A stretch of DNA of 64,000 nt, taken from NCBI GenBank assembly GCA_903916675.1, contig CAIWXQ010000016.1, positions 18,964 to 82,963 on the forward strand, given 5' to 3'. The first letter of the stretch is position 1, and every line of letters begins with the position of its first letter. The position numbers and the translations under genes were made by a program. Below the pieces are notes generated by a model. That model did no database searches, had not been told where the DNA came from, and was given only the letters and a program-made list of their open reading frames with translations. The stretch comes from an uncultured bacterium. GTDB taxonomy: Bacteria > Verrucomicrobiota > Kiritimatiellia > RFP12 > CAIWXQ01. Below are positions 24,990 to 33,332 of this stretch, piece by piece.

Positions 24990-25124
24990 CCTGGGAGCGC
25001 GGGCGTCCCGCCCGCAGTTCTTGTGGTACAGGCGGTACTATACACCCTTTTCGTGGTCCTTACGACTTGGCGCAAGAACCTGGGAGCGCGGATCCACTTC
25101 CATCCATCCGCCCGCGCTCCCAGG
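24990..25124. repeat. CTGGGAGCGCGGGCGTCCCGCCCGC-family cluster (one full arm, one truncated arm, one inverted arm)
   Basis: Arms at 24990-25015, 25079-25091 (same orientation, truncated) and 25108-25124 (inverted). Overlaps the last codons of the 25038..26651 CDS. Confidence 0.75.
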
Positions 25125-26651
25125 TCTTAAGAGGATATGTCGAAGGTCTGCGAGCGAGGCGCCCGCCGCCTCCAGCACGCGCAGGTGCGGGGCGAATTCG
25201 CCGTATTCCGCGAGATCGTGGGCGTCCGAGGCCAGTGAGATCTTCACGCCGCGCGCCAAGCAGTGGCGGAAGAATTCCGGCTCGGATTGGTAGGTGTGGA
25301 AGTTGATCTCCGCGGCCACGTTGCGGTCGGCCAGCAGGTCGGCCAGCCGGGGGTAGAGGTGGACCGGCGGGTGGAGCCCCTTGCGCACGAAAATGCGGAA
25401 CGGGTGGGCCAGCACATCGATGGGGTGCGCGAGCAGGCGCTCCACCTCGCGCAGGAAAAGCGCCTCGGCCTCGGCCTGCGTGGTGGTGCCCTTCTGCAGG
25501 CCGGGGATCTCGTGGATGGCGCCCACGAGCAGATCCCAGCCGTCGGCGTCCTGCGGGGCCAGCAGCAGCGAGCCGTCGGCGCACAGCTCGACCTCCAGGC
25601 CGGCGCGCACGTGGGCGGAGCGGAAGCCGGCCGCCAGCCGGCGATACGCGGCCATGCGTCCGCACCCGGGCGTGGACCACACAGCCTGCCGCAGGGCGGG
25701 GTCGGTCTGCCAGGCGAAGCTCCAGGCCACCTCCCTCTCGAAGTAGAGCTGGAAGGAGTGCTCGGTGAAGCAGATGGTCTCGACGCCCATGGCCTGCGAG
25801 ATCCGGATGCCGTCGGCAATGGAGGCGGTCGTGCCGCAGTAGGAAAGCTCGGTGTGCGTGTGGTTGTCGATCAGCCCGGGGACGTCATGCCGTAGGGCGT
25901 GCTCCTGCACCTGGACGTTGCGGCCTTCCAGCCGCACGTGCAGGAACCGGAACGGCGCCTCGCCAAGCGCGGGTGCCGTGGCGTAGGTGACGCCGTCTAC
26001 CGCGTGCGCTGCCTGTCCGGCATGGTAGTGGCCGCTGAGAGAGAGGCAGACGCCGGCGTCGCGATAGCCGGCCATGACCTCGGCGCGATTGGTCAGGTGG
26101 TAGGGGTACTTGCTCGTGCGGATCGTCGGATGGAGGGGGTTGTGCTGCAGGGCGATGATCGGCTTCCCGGGGTGTGCGGCCGCGGCGCGTGCGGGAAGGT
26201 CAAGCTGGTCGAAGGGGCGGCGATAGCGGTTGCCGCCGAGCGGCTCGTCGTGGAAGACCAGAAAGACGTAGTCGCCGACAGTATGGATGCCCGGCGCACA
26301 ACCGAGCAGTTGCGCGAAGCGGACCGGGTCGCCGTCGTGGTTGCCGGGCACGGCCAGGACTTGGATGCCGGACTTGATCGCCTCGCCGGCCATGGTCTGC
26401 AGGTCCTCCTGCGCGCCGGTCTTCTCCGCGTCGTCCACCAGGTCGCCCAGCAGCACGATCAAGTCGGGCTTTACGCCGAGATGCCGCATCCGCAGCAGGG
26501 TCTTGCGCAGCAGGATCTGGCCCAGGCGCGTGTGACAGCCTGGTTTGGTGGAGGAAGGGCTCGCCGCGTTGGTAAAATGCGGGTCGGCGACGACCAAGAT
26601 TTCGCTAGCCACGAAATCCTTTTTTGGCGGATTGTCCATTGCAGAAAACAT
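25038..26651 (-). CDS. fusion: calcineurin-like metallophosphoesterase (N-terminal) plus PHP-domain phosphoesterase (C-terminal)
   Basis: 537 aa from MFSAMDNPP. MPE motifs VVADPHF, GDLVDD, PGNHD, GHYH. PHP motifs IDNHTHTELSYCG, FTEHS, GAIHE, SDAHD. Confidence 0.75.
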   Translation of the reverse strand: MFSAMDNPPKKDFVASEILVVADPHFTNAASPSSTKPGCHTRLGQILLRKTLLRMRHLGVKPDLIVLLGDLVDDAEKTGAQEDLQTMAGEAIKSGIQVLAVPGNHDGDPVRFAQLLGCAPGIHTVGDYVFLVFHDEPLGGNRYRRPFDQLDLPARAAAAHPGKPIIALQHNPLHPTIRTSKYPYHLTNRAEVMAGYRDAGVCLSLSGHYHAGQAAHAVDGVTYATAPALGEAPFRFLHVRLEGRNVQVQEHALRHDVPGLIDNHTHTELSYCGTTASIADGIRISQAMGVETICFTEHSFQLYFEREVAWSFAWQTDPALRQAVWSTPGCGRMAAYRRLAAGFRSAHVRAGLEVELCADGSLLLAPQDADGWDLLVGAIHEIPGLQKGTTTQAEAEALFLREVERLLAHPIDVLAHPFRIFVRKGLHPPVHLYPRLADLLADRNVAAEINFHTYQSEPEFFRHCLARGVKISLASDAHDLAEYGEFAPHLRVLEAAGASLADLRHILLRPGSAGGWMEVDPRSQVLAPSRKDHEKGV

Positions 26652-26660
26652 CTCACCAAA

Positions 26661-26693
26661 GAATTTAGGATTTTCAGCGAAAATCCTAAATTC
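26661..26693. promoter_or_regulatory. perfect 15-bp AT-rich palindrome with 3-nt loop spanning the nrdJ stop codon
   Basis: GAATTTAGGATTTTC-AGC-GAAAATCCTAAATTC. The nrdJ stop (CTA 26686-26688) lies in one arm. The downstream gene ATG (26649-26651) is 9 nt beyond the other arm. Confidence 0.6.
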
Positions 26694-28920
26694 TTTCGCA
26701 ACTACCACCGGCACAGGCCACCGTCGCGGTGACCATGGTGTTGTCCTGCTGCTCGATGAGCTGGGTGTAATCCACCGGCGCATGGGTGCGGGTGAGGTCC
26801 TCCCACAGCTTGCAGTTGTGGACGCGCTTGAGGCAGCGCGTCATCTTGATGGCGTCGCCGCCGAAATAGTTCTGGGCGAACTTGTGGGCGCGGCGGACCC
26901 AGTCCTTCTTGTCGGTGCGGACCGATTCGATGGCCTCGTAGACGCGCATGGGGTAGATCTTCGGCGTGGGCGACTCGAGGTCCTCGCCGCGGCCCAGGAC
27001 GCAGTCGCAGGCCGCCCAGAGGTTGTCGTCAAAGGCGTGCATGCCGTCCACGATCAGGCCGGAGGACATGATGGCGCCGACACCGTAGGTCTGGACGATC
27101 TCCTCGGCAGAGAGCGCCTCGCAGAACGGCGCCTGCGGATAATCGAGGTCGCCGCCGTCGGAAAGGAGCGAGATGCCGGCGAAGACGTGGCGGTTGTCGT
27201 AGATGAAGGCCTCGACCGCGCCCCACTCGTCGTCCTTCACGGAGATCGTGTTGGAGACGTTGTGGCTGAGCCACGGCTGGGCGCAGCGGTCGACACGCTT
27301 GCCGGTGTCGATCCAGTTCTCCTTGGTGAGCTTCACCTTCTCGAGCAGGTCCACGGCTGTGACATCCTGCTTGGTGAGCGCCTCGGGTTTGGCCTCGATG
27401 CAGAAGTTCAGCACCACGTCGGTGCCGTTGGGGTTCCAGACGGATTTCTCGACAGCTAGCGGATTCTGGGCCCGGAAGAAGTCGACCAGCAGTTCGTCCT
27501 CGTTGGCCTGCGCGCGGCGGAAGTAGCGGCGCGAGTGGTGCGGGTGGATGCCCGAACTGGTGCCGAGGATGCAGCTCGTGGTGCCGGCAGGCTTGACGCA
27601 TGTGGCGCGCGCGCTGGGGTTCACGCCGATGCGCTTGGCGACCTTCTCGTTGACGACGAGGATGTGCTCCGCCATCCGGCGCTGCAGCTTCGGGTCAAAG
27701 GCGATGGCCGGGTGCTCCATCATGCCGGTCATGGAGATGCCCAGAAGCGCCTCGCGCCGCGCGATGCGCGTGCTGGTCTCGCCGAGGTAGGGGAAGTCAG
27801 TGAAGTCGGCCTGAAGCGTGCCGAGGATGGCGGCGGCCTCGCAGGCCTCGCGGAATTTCTCGGCGGAATCCACGCGCCCCATGTTGATCTCGCAGAGGTT
27901 GCAGAAGGCGAAGCCGCTGATGCCGTCGATCTGCGGGTAGAGGCCGATCTCTCCGCAGGGGTTGAAGGTGGCATCGAGGTCGTCGGTGAAGATGAAGCCA
28001 GGCTCGCCGAACTCGCGCACGGACTTCATCAGCTTATGGAATTGCTCGCGCGAGGTGCGGTCGCGTAGGAGCATGACGGAGTTGTTTGAGCGCGCGCGCT
28101 GGGGGTTCTCGTTGAACCAGTTGCCGGTCTTGGCCGTGGCCATGAGGTCGTCGTCGGCCGAGAAGAGGCAGATCGTGGCGCTGCGGCGCACGCCGCCGGA
28201 GAGGACGGCGTCGGAGGCGTGCATGAGGATGTCGTAGGCGTCGATCGGGCACAGGCGCGTGGCGCCCGCGGCGAGGCGGGCGTCTACCAGCTTGCGGATC
28301 AGCTCCAGGCTGCGGCGCAGCGGCTCAGGGCCGGGGGCGCGCCCCATGCCGGAGGAGATCGGGCGGCCCTTGGGACGCACCTGGGAATAGTCGAACGAGA
28401 CCAGCTTGCCGGCGAACTCGGGAAACGGCTGCTGCGTCGTGAAATAAGAGGAGAGCAGCGCGCCGAGGGCGTCGGACCACCCCTCGATAGTGTCGGGCAC
28501 GGCGAAGGTGGCGGTGCCTGCGCCGGGGCGGGTCATGGTCGGGAGCTTGGCCACGTGGTGGGTCTGGACCGAGAATCCGACGCCGCAGCCGCACAGGAGC
28601 AGCCAGAGCGCTTCCTGGAAGAAGCGCGGGCGGTCGCAGTAGGATGTCGTGCAGTTGTAGATGCGGGCGTGTTTGCGGAGGATCGGATCGCCGCCGAACT
28701 GCATGGCGCGCTGGCTGCCAAGCACCATGCGCTTCTTCATGGCCGCCTCACAGACCGCCAGCAGGTCGTCGACCTGGACGCCGCGCTTGGCGAAATGACG
28801 GCGATGCATGTCGATCACGCGGTCCACCGCCTCATCGAAGGTCTCGCGCCGCATCTTCTCCGGGATGTAGCGGCTGTATTTTGACGTAAAGACATAATCC
28901 TGCAAGGCGGCAATGCTCAT
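26686..28920 (-). CDS. nrdJ: adenosylcobalamin-dependent (class II) ribonucleotide reductase, monomeric RTPR-like
   Basis: 744 aa from MSIAALQDY, with AAGAGG preceding the ATG. Motifs CGCGVGFSV, FNPCGEI, FCNLCEI, and a C-terminal CAGGSCERI resembling the RTPR C-terminal redox pair. Confidence 0.85.
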   Translation of the reverse strand: MSIAALQDYVFTSKYSRYIPEKMRRETFDEAVDRVIDMHRRHFAKRGVQVDDLLAVCEAAMKKRMVLGSQRAMQFGGDPILRKHARIYNCTTSYCDRPRFFQEALWLLLCGCGVGFSVQTHHVAKLPTMTRPGAGTATFAVPDTIEGWSDALGALLSSYFTTQQPFPEFAGKLVSFDYSQVRPKGRPISSGMGRAPGPEPLRRSLELIRKLVDARLAAGATRLCPIDAYDILMHASDAVLSGGVRRSATICLFSADDDLMATAKTGNWFNENPQRARSNNSVMLLRDRTSREQFHKLMKSVREFGEPGFIFTDDLDATFNPCGEIGLYPQIDGISGFAFCNLCEINMGRVDSAEKFREACEAAAILGTLQADFTDFPYLGETSTRIARREALLGISMTGMMEHPAIAFDPKLQRRMAEHILVVNEKVAKRIGVNPSARATCVKPAGTTSCILGTSSGIHPHHSRRYFRRAQANEDELLVDFFRAQNPLAVEKSVWNPNGTDVVLNFCIEAKPEALTKQDVTAVDLLEKVKLTKENWIDTGKRVDRCAQPWLSHNVSNTISVKDDEWGAVEAFIYDNRHVFAGISLLSDGGDLDYPQAPFCEALSAEEIVQTYGVGAIMSSGLIVDGMHAFDDNLWAACDCVLGRGEDLESPTPKIYPMRVYEAIESVRTDKKDWVRRAHKFAQNYFGGDAIKMTRCLKRVHNCKLWEDLTRTHAPVDYTQLIEQQDNTMVTATVACAGGSCERI

Positions 28921-29008
28921 GGAAAACCTCTTGAAAAAGCGGATTGAAACGACGGCCGTAAATTTGCGATCCGGGGGGTTGCTGTAAGCACCCCGACTTA
29001 TCCCAACG

Positions 29009-29056
29009 CCACAACATTTAGTGTGTCCGTCGGAGCATGTCCACAACATTTTGTGG
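29009..29056. promoter_or_regulatory. tandem NrdR boxes
   Basis: CCACAACATTTAGTGTG (29009-29025) and the palindrome CCACAACATTTTGTGG (29041-29056). The copies of CCACAACATTT are exactly 32 bp apart, 90-135 nt upstream of nrdJ. nrdR itself is at 38394..38849. Confidence 0.7.
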
Positions 29057-29150
29057 TTTTTGTTTAGACAGGGGCTTGACAAAAAACAGCGGCCCTGGGG
29101 CCAACAGGACCCAGCTGCCACTTTCCCGCGGAATTCGCTATTCTACCCGC

Positions 29151-30146
29151 ATGACGCAGTCCTCTACGCCGCCTCTTCGCGGACGTCTGGCACCGAGCCC
29201 CACCGGCGCGCTGCATCTCGGGAACGCCCGCAGCTTTCTGATCGCCTGGCTCAGCATCCGCAGTCGCGGCGGCACGGTTCTGCTGCGCATGGAGGATCTG
29301 GATCATCCCAAAGTAAAGCCGCAGGCCGCGCAACAGGCGCTGGAAGACCTGCGGTGGATGGGGCTGGACTGGGACGAGGGGCCGGATGTCGGCGGCCCGT
29401 TTGTACCCTACGTCCAGACTGCGCGCCTCGAACGCTACGCGGAGGCGCTGGCGAAATTACAGGAGCAGAGGTTGCTCTACCCATGCGTCTGCTCGCGTCA
29501 GGATGTCGAAGCCGGGCAGTCCGCCCCGCATGCGGGCGAGGATGGCCTGGCCTACGACGGTGCCTGCCGCGGTCGCTTCGCCAATTATGCAGAGGCAGCG
29601 GCTACGCTGCCGCCGGGGCGCCTGCCGGCGTGGCGGTTTCGCGCGGAAGCTGGCGAAACCGTCTTCGAGGACGGCTTTCGCGGCTGGCAGCGCGAAACCG
29701 TTTCGCAGACGGTTGGCGATTTTGTGATTGCGCGCCATCCGCAGGGCGCTGGCTACATGCTGGCCGTGGTGGTGGACGATGCGGCCATGGGCGCAACCGA
29801 GGTGCTGCGCGGCGACGATCTGCTGCCAGCCACGCACCGCCAACTGCTGCTCTACCGCGCGCTGGGGCTGACGCCGCCGCGTTTCGTGCACGTTCCGCTG
29901 GTGGTGGCGCCAGATGGCCGGCGCCTGGCCAAGCGCCATGGCGACACGCGCCTCGCCGCGTTGCGCCAGCACGGGCTGCGCCCCTCACAGGTGGTGGGGG
30001 TGCTGGCTGAATGGTGCGGCTGGGCGCAGCCGGGCGAGGAGATCATGCCTGTTGATCTGGTGTCGCGCTTCCGCCTTGATTCCATCCCCCGCGCGCCTGT
30101 GGTGCTCTCGGACGAGGTCAAGCAGAAGCTGGGCTGTATGGCATAG
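29151..30146 (+). CDS. gluQ: tRNA glutamyl-Q(34) synthetase
   Basis: 331 aa from MTQSSTPPLRGRLAPSPTGALHLGNARS. Truncated GluRS-like catalytic core (LLRMEDLD, LAKRHGDT) with no anticodon-binding domain. Confidence 0.8.
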   Translation: MTQSSTPPLRGRLAPSPTGALHLGNARSFLIAWLSIRSRGGTVLLRMEDLDHPKVKPQAAQQALEDLRWMGLDWDEGPDVGGPFVPYVQTARLERYAEALAKLQEQRLLYPCVCSRQDVEAGQSAPHAGEDGLAYDGACRGRFANYAEAAATLPPGRLPAWRFRAEAGETVFEDGFRGWQRETVSQTVGDFVIARHPQGAGYMLAVVVDDAAMGATEVLRGDDLLPATHRQLLLYRALGLTPPRFVHVPLVVAPDGRRLAKRHGDTRLAALRQHGLRPSQVVGVLAEWCGWAQPGEEIMPVDLVSRFRLDSIPRAPVVLSDEVKQKLGCMA

Positions 30147-30363
30147 CGCCGGCCCCGGCGGGCTAATCCCGCCGGACCGAAAACCTAGGTAGGGCGCGCA
30201 GTTCCTTGCGCGCCGGAACAAAGAGCGGCGGCCGAGGGACTGACCTCCCTTAACTTCTTCACCTGCGGCGCGAGGCCGCGGGGGTCGCCCCTCAATCCGT
30301 TTGCGCCTTCTCGGCGACGGAAACACTGTGATAGTCTACTGTCCAACACGAAGGAGCAATAGT

Positions 30364-30867
30364 ATGAAACGGTCTTTTCTGTGGATGGTGGTGCTGGGCG
30401 GACTGATCGGCGCAGGCGTGGCGCGAGCCGAGACGTTCACGGTCGTAGAAATCACGGACGTGCAGAAGAAGGTCACGCAAGAGGTCAAATCCGCCCAGGA
30501 ACTGGCGGACCTGAAAAAGGCGATCGAGGCCGAGGCGAAGGTCTTCCAGAATGCCGTGGAGGCGGTCCGGAAGGAATGGGCTGCAGCAGCGAGCGCCGCG
30601 GCGGCAATCAAGCCCAAGCCCGGCGAGAAGCCGGCACCCCCGTCCCCGCCGTTCCCCGGCAATCTCTCGCCCCGCAAGTGCATGGAAAAGGGGAATTTTC
30701 CCGAAAAGGAAAAGGCGCAGAAGTCACTGGAGCAACTCAGTAAGACGGCTGCGACAGCCAAGCCGCAACAACTGTCGGAAGCATTCACCAAAGCCGCCAG
30801 CGCCGTGCAGGCCAAGATCGACGAACTCGTGAAAGCTGCGGCGGTCCCCGCTACATCGAAGAAGTAA
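30364..30867 (+). CDS. hypothetical secreted Ala/Lys/Glu-rich protein
   Basis: 167 aa. AAGGAG lies 6 nt upstream of the ATG. Signal peptide MKRSFLWMVVLGGLIGAGVARA, followed by a low-complexity helical sequence. Confidence 0.65.
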   Translation: MKRSFLWMVVLGGLIGAGVARAETFTVVEITDVQKKVTQEVKSAQELADLKKAIEAEAKVFQNAVEAVRKEWAAAASAAAAIKPKPGEKPAPPSPPFPGNLSPRKCMEKGNFPEKEKAQKSLEQLSKTAATAKPQQLSEAFTKAASAVQAKIDELVKAAAVPATSKK

Positions 30868-30885
30868 AGGCCAGTGGGTGATGGC

Positions 30886-32205
30886 ATGAACGGCTCATCC
30901 AATGAGGGAGTCGTCCGGATTGTTCGCTGGTCGCCGGATCGGCCGACAGCTGCCGTGGAGGCGTTCCTGCGCCGGACGGCATTTGATTCTGCGGCCGAGG
31001 TCACGGCCGCCAAGATTCTGGCCGATATCCGCAAGCGCGGCCTGCCGGCGATCCTGGCCGCCGCGCGCCGGTTCGACGGCGCAAAGCTGACACCTGCCAC
31101 GCTGCGCGTGAAGGAATCTGAACTTGCCGCAGCCACGCGTGAAGTCCCCGCCTCCGTCCGCCGTGCCGTGACCGAGGCCTGTCGCCGCGTGACGACCTTC
31201 GCACGCGCTGGGATGCGCCGCGATTGGTACATTCCGGCCGGCCGCGGCGGCTCATTAGGCGAGCGCTTCGTGCCGCTGGACCGCGTGGGCGTCTATATCC
31301 CCGGCGGCGCCGCGCCGCTGGCTTCCACGGCAGTGATGACAGCTACGCTGGCGCGCGTGGCAGGTGTGCCGGAGATCGCGGCCTGCACCCCCTGCGGTGC
31401 CTCGGGTCGCGTAAACCCCGTGCTGCTGCACGCGCTGCAAACGGCCGGCGCCACGGAGATCTACAAAGTCGGCGGCATTCAGGCGGTCGGGCTGCTGGCG
31501 TTTGGCGCGGGGAAAGTCCGGCCGGTGCAGAAGATCGTTGGACCCGGAAACGCCTATGTCACGGCTGCCAAGCGACAGGTGTTCGGCTACGTGGCGATCG
31601 ATCAGGTGGCAGGCCCGAGCGAGATTGCCGTGCTGGCGGATGACTCTGCTGATCCGGCATGGATCGCAGCAGATCTGCTCTCGCAGGCCGAGCACGGTAC
31701 CGGACACGAGCGCGCGCTGCTGGCCACGGACTCGATGAAACTGGCCTGGGCCGTACAGGCCGAACTGAAAGCGCAGATTCCGAAGCTCTCGCGCGCTGCG
31801 TTGGTGCGGCGCATGCTACCCCAGGGGATTCTGCTGATCGTGACATCGGATCTCGATGCCGCGGTGGAGCTTTGCAATTGCTTCGCGCCCGAGCACCTCG
31901 AGGTAATGACGCGCCGGCCGCGTCGTCTGGTGCCGCGCCTGCGTGCTGCGGGTGCAGTGTTTGTCGGCGGCTGGACGCCGGAGCCGGTCGGCGATTTCGC
32001 GGCCGGACCGAGCCACGTGCTGCCGACCGGCGGCGCGGCGCGGATGTTCTCCGGCCTGACGGTTGAGGATTTCCGCCGCCGCAGCAGCGTGATCGAATAC
32101 ACCCGCCGCGACCTCGCGGCCGCGCTCCCCGTGATCGAGGCCTTTGGAGCGGTCGAAGGACTCGACGCCCACAGTCGCTCTGCCACGATCCGCTTCAATC
32201 GGTAG
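30886..32205 (+). CDS. hisD: histidinol dehydrogenase
   Basis: VGVYIPGGAAPLASTAVM, SQAEHG, APEHLE, GDFAAGPSHVLPT. Alternative GTG start at 30874. Confidence 0.9.
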   Translation: MNGSSNEGVVRIVRWSPDRPTAAVEAFLRRTAFDSAAEVTAAKILADIRKRGLPAILAAARRFDGAKLTPATLRVKESELAAATREVPASVRRAVTEACRRVTTFARAGMRRDWYIPAGRGGSLGERFVPLDRVGVYIPGGAAPLASTAVMTATLARVAGVPEIAACTPCGASGRVNPVLLHALQTAGATEIYKVGGIQAVGLLAFGAGKVRPVQKIVGPGNAYVTAAKRQVFGYVAIDQVAGPSEIAVLADDSADPAWIAADLLSQAEHGTGHERALLATDSMKLAWAVQAELKAQIPKLSRAALVRRMLPQGILLIVTSDLDAAVELCNCFAPEHLEVMTRRPRRLVPRLRAAGAVFVGGWTPEPVGDFAAGPSHVLPTGGAARMFSGLTVEDFRRRSSVIEYTRRDLAAALPVIEAFGAVEGLDAHSRSATIRFNR

Positions 32206-32230
32206 GGCAGATCCAGCGGCCTCGCCCTAC
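32202..32230. terminator. 7-bp palindrome GTAGGGC..GCCCTAC carrying both convergent stop codons
   Basis: The hisD stop TAG (32203-32205) is in the left arm and the E1-beta stop (CTA 32227-32229) is in the right arm. The loop is 15 nt. No T-run. Confidence 0.4.
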
Positions 32231-33198
32231 CGAACCAGCGCGCGCACTTCTGTTGCGATACTCTCTGCGTTCGGCAGGCAGGCAGCCTCGAGATTGCGGG
32301 CGGCCGGCAGCGGACAATCAGGCGCGGCCAGACGTCGGATCGGCGCGTCGAGCGAGTCGTGCGCAGCCTCGAAGATGCGGCAGGCGACCTCTGCTGCAAA
32401 TCCGCCCGTGCGCGGACCTTCCTCCACGACCAGCACGCGACCGGTTTTGCGCGCGGAAGCAACGAGCGTTTCTGTGTCGAGCGGCACGAGCGTGCGCAGG
32501 TCGAGCACTTCGGCTTGGATCCCCTCGGCCGCCAGCAGTTCGGCCGCGCGCTCGGCCTGCGGCACCATGCCGGACCAGGCGACGATGGTCGCGCGCCGCC
32601 CCTCGCACACCACCCGCGCCCGGCCGAAGGGTAGCGCTGGCGGCAGCCCCTCCGGCAGTTCTTCGCGCAGCGGGTACAGGAGCTTATGCTCGAGGAAGAT
32701 GACCGGATCGGCGCCCGCCAGCGCGGTCTGCAGCAGCGCCGAGGCATCGGACACCGTGGCTGGTGCCACGATCTGCAGTCCGGGCACGCCGGTGAAGAGG
32801 CGTTCGAGCGATTGCGAGTGCGTGGCGCCATAGCCGCGGCCGCCGCCAATGGGCGTGCGCACCACGAGCGGGCAGGAGACGCCGTAAACGTACCGCAGCT
32901 TGGCCGCCATATTGATAAGCTGATCCGCCGCCAGCGCAATGAAGTCCATGAACATGATCTCGACCACCGGACGCGAACCGGCTGCGGCCGCGCCGATGGC
33001 TGCGCCGACGAACGCAGGCTCTGAGATCGGCGTGTCGCGCACGCGCTCCGGGCCGAACTCCTGCAGCAGGCCGCGCGTGACGCCAAACGCGCCGCCATAG
33101 GTGCCGATGTCCTCTCCCATGAGAAAAACGCGTGGATCGCGCCGCAGCGCGTCGGCGAGCGTCTCGCGGAGAATCTGGGTGTAGGTTACGGTTCGCAT
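32227..33198 (-). CDS. 2-oxoacid (pyruvate/acetoin-type) dehydrogenase E1 component beta subunit
   Basis: 323 aa. FLMGEDIGTYGGAFGVTRGL, RVRDTPISE, and a transketolase-like C-terminal domain. Confidence 0.85.
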   Translation of the reverse strand: MRTVTYTQILRETLADALRRDPRVFLMGEDIGTYGGAFGVTRGLLQEFGPERVRDTPISEPAFVGAAIGAAAAGSRPVVEIMFMDFIALAADQLINMAAKLRYVYGVSCPLVVRTPIGGGRGYGATHSQSLERLFTGVPGLQIVAPATVSDASALLQTALAGADPVIFLEHKLLYPLREELPEGLPPALPFGRARVVCEGRRATIVAWSGMVPQAERAAELLAAEGIQAEVLDLRTLVPLDTETLVASARKTGRVLVVEEGPRTGGFAAEVACRIFEAAHDSLDAPIRRLAAPDCPLPAARNLEAACLPNAESIATEVRALVR

Positions 33199-33218
33199 AG
33201 GGGCGGCTAGTTTCCAGA

Positions 33219-33247
33219 ATCGGCGTCGGGGTCGGTATCGGTATCGA
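33219..33247. repeat. hexamer-phased repeat in the E1 alpha/beta spacer
   Basis: ATCGGCGTCGGGGTCGGTATCGGTATCGA. Confidence 0.75.
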
Positions 33248-33332
33248 ACCTGTCAGGTTGCCATTCGATGGCGGCGCGGTTGACACCCAATTGTTCGTAC
33301 CTAAATAACATGGTTTGACCCCGATGTTCGCC

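Noticed and set aside
28921-29008. Cobalamin riboswitch or other structured leader upstream of nrdJ.
   Set aside because: I saw no B12-box-like sequence or extended conserved helices. The region is short and is better explained by the NrdR boxes and a Shine-Dalgarno sequence (AAGAGG).
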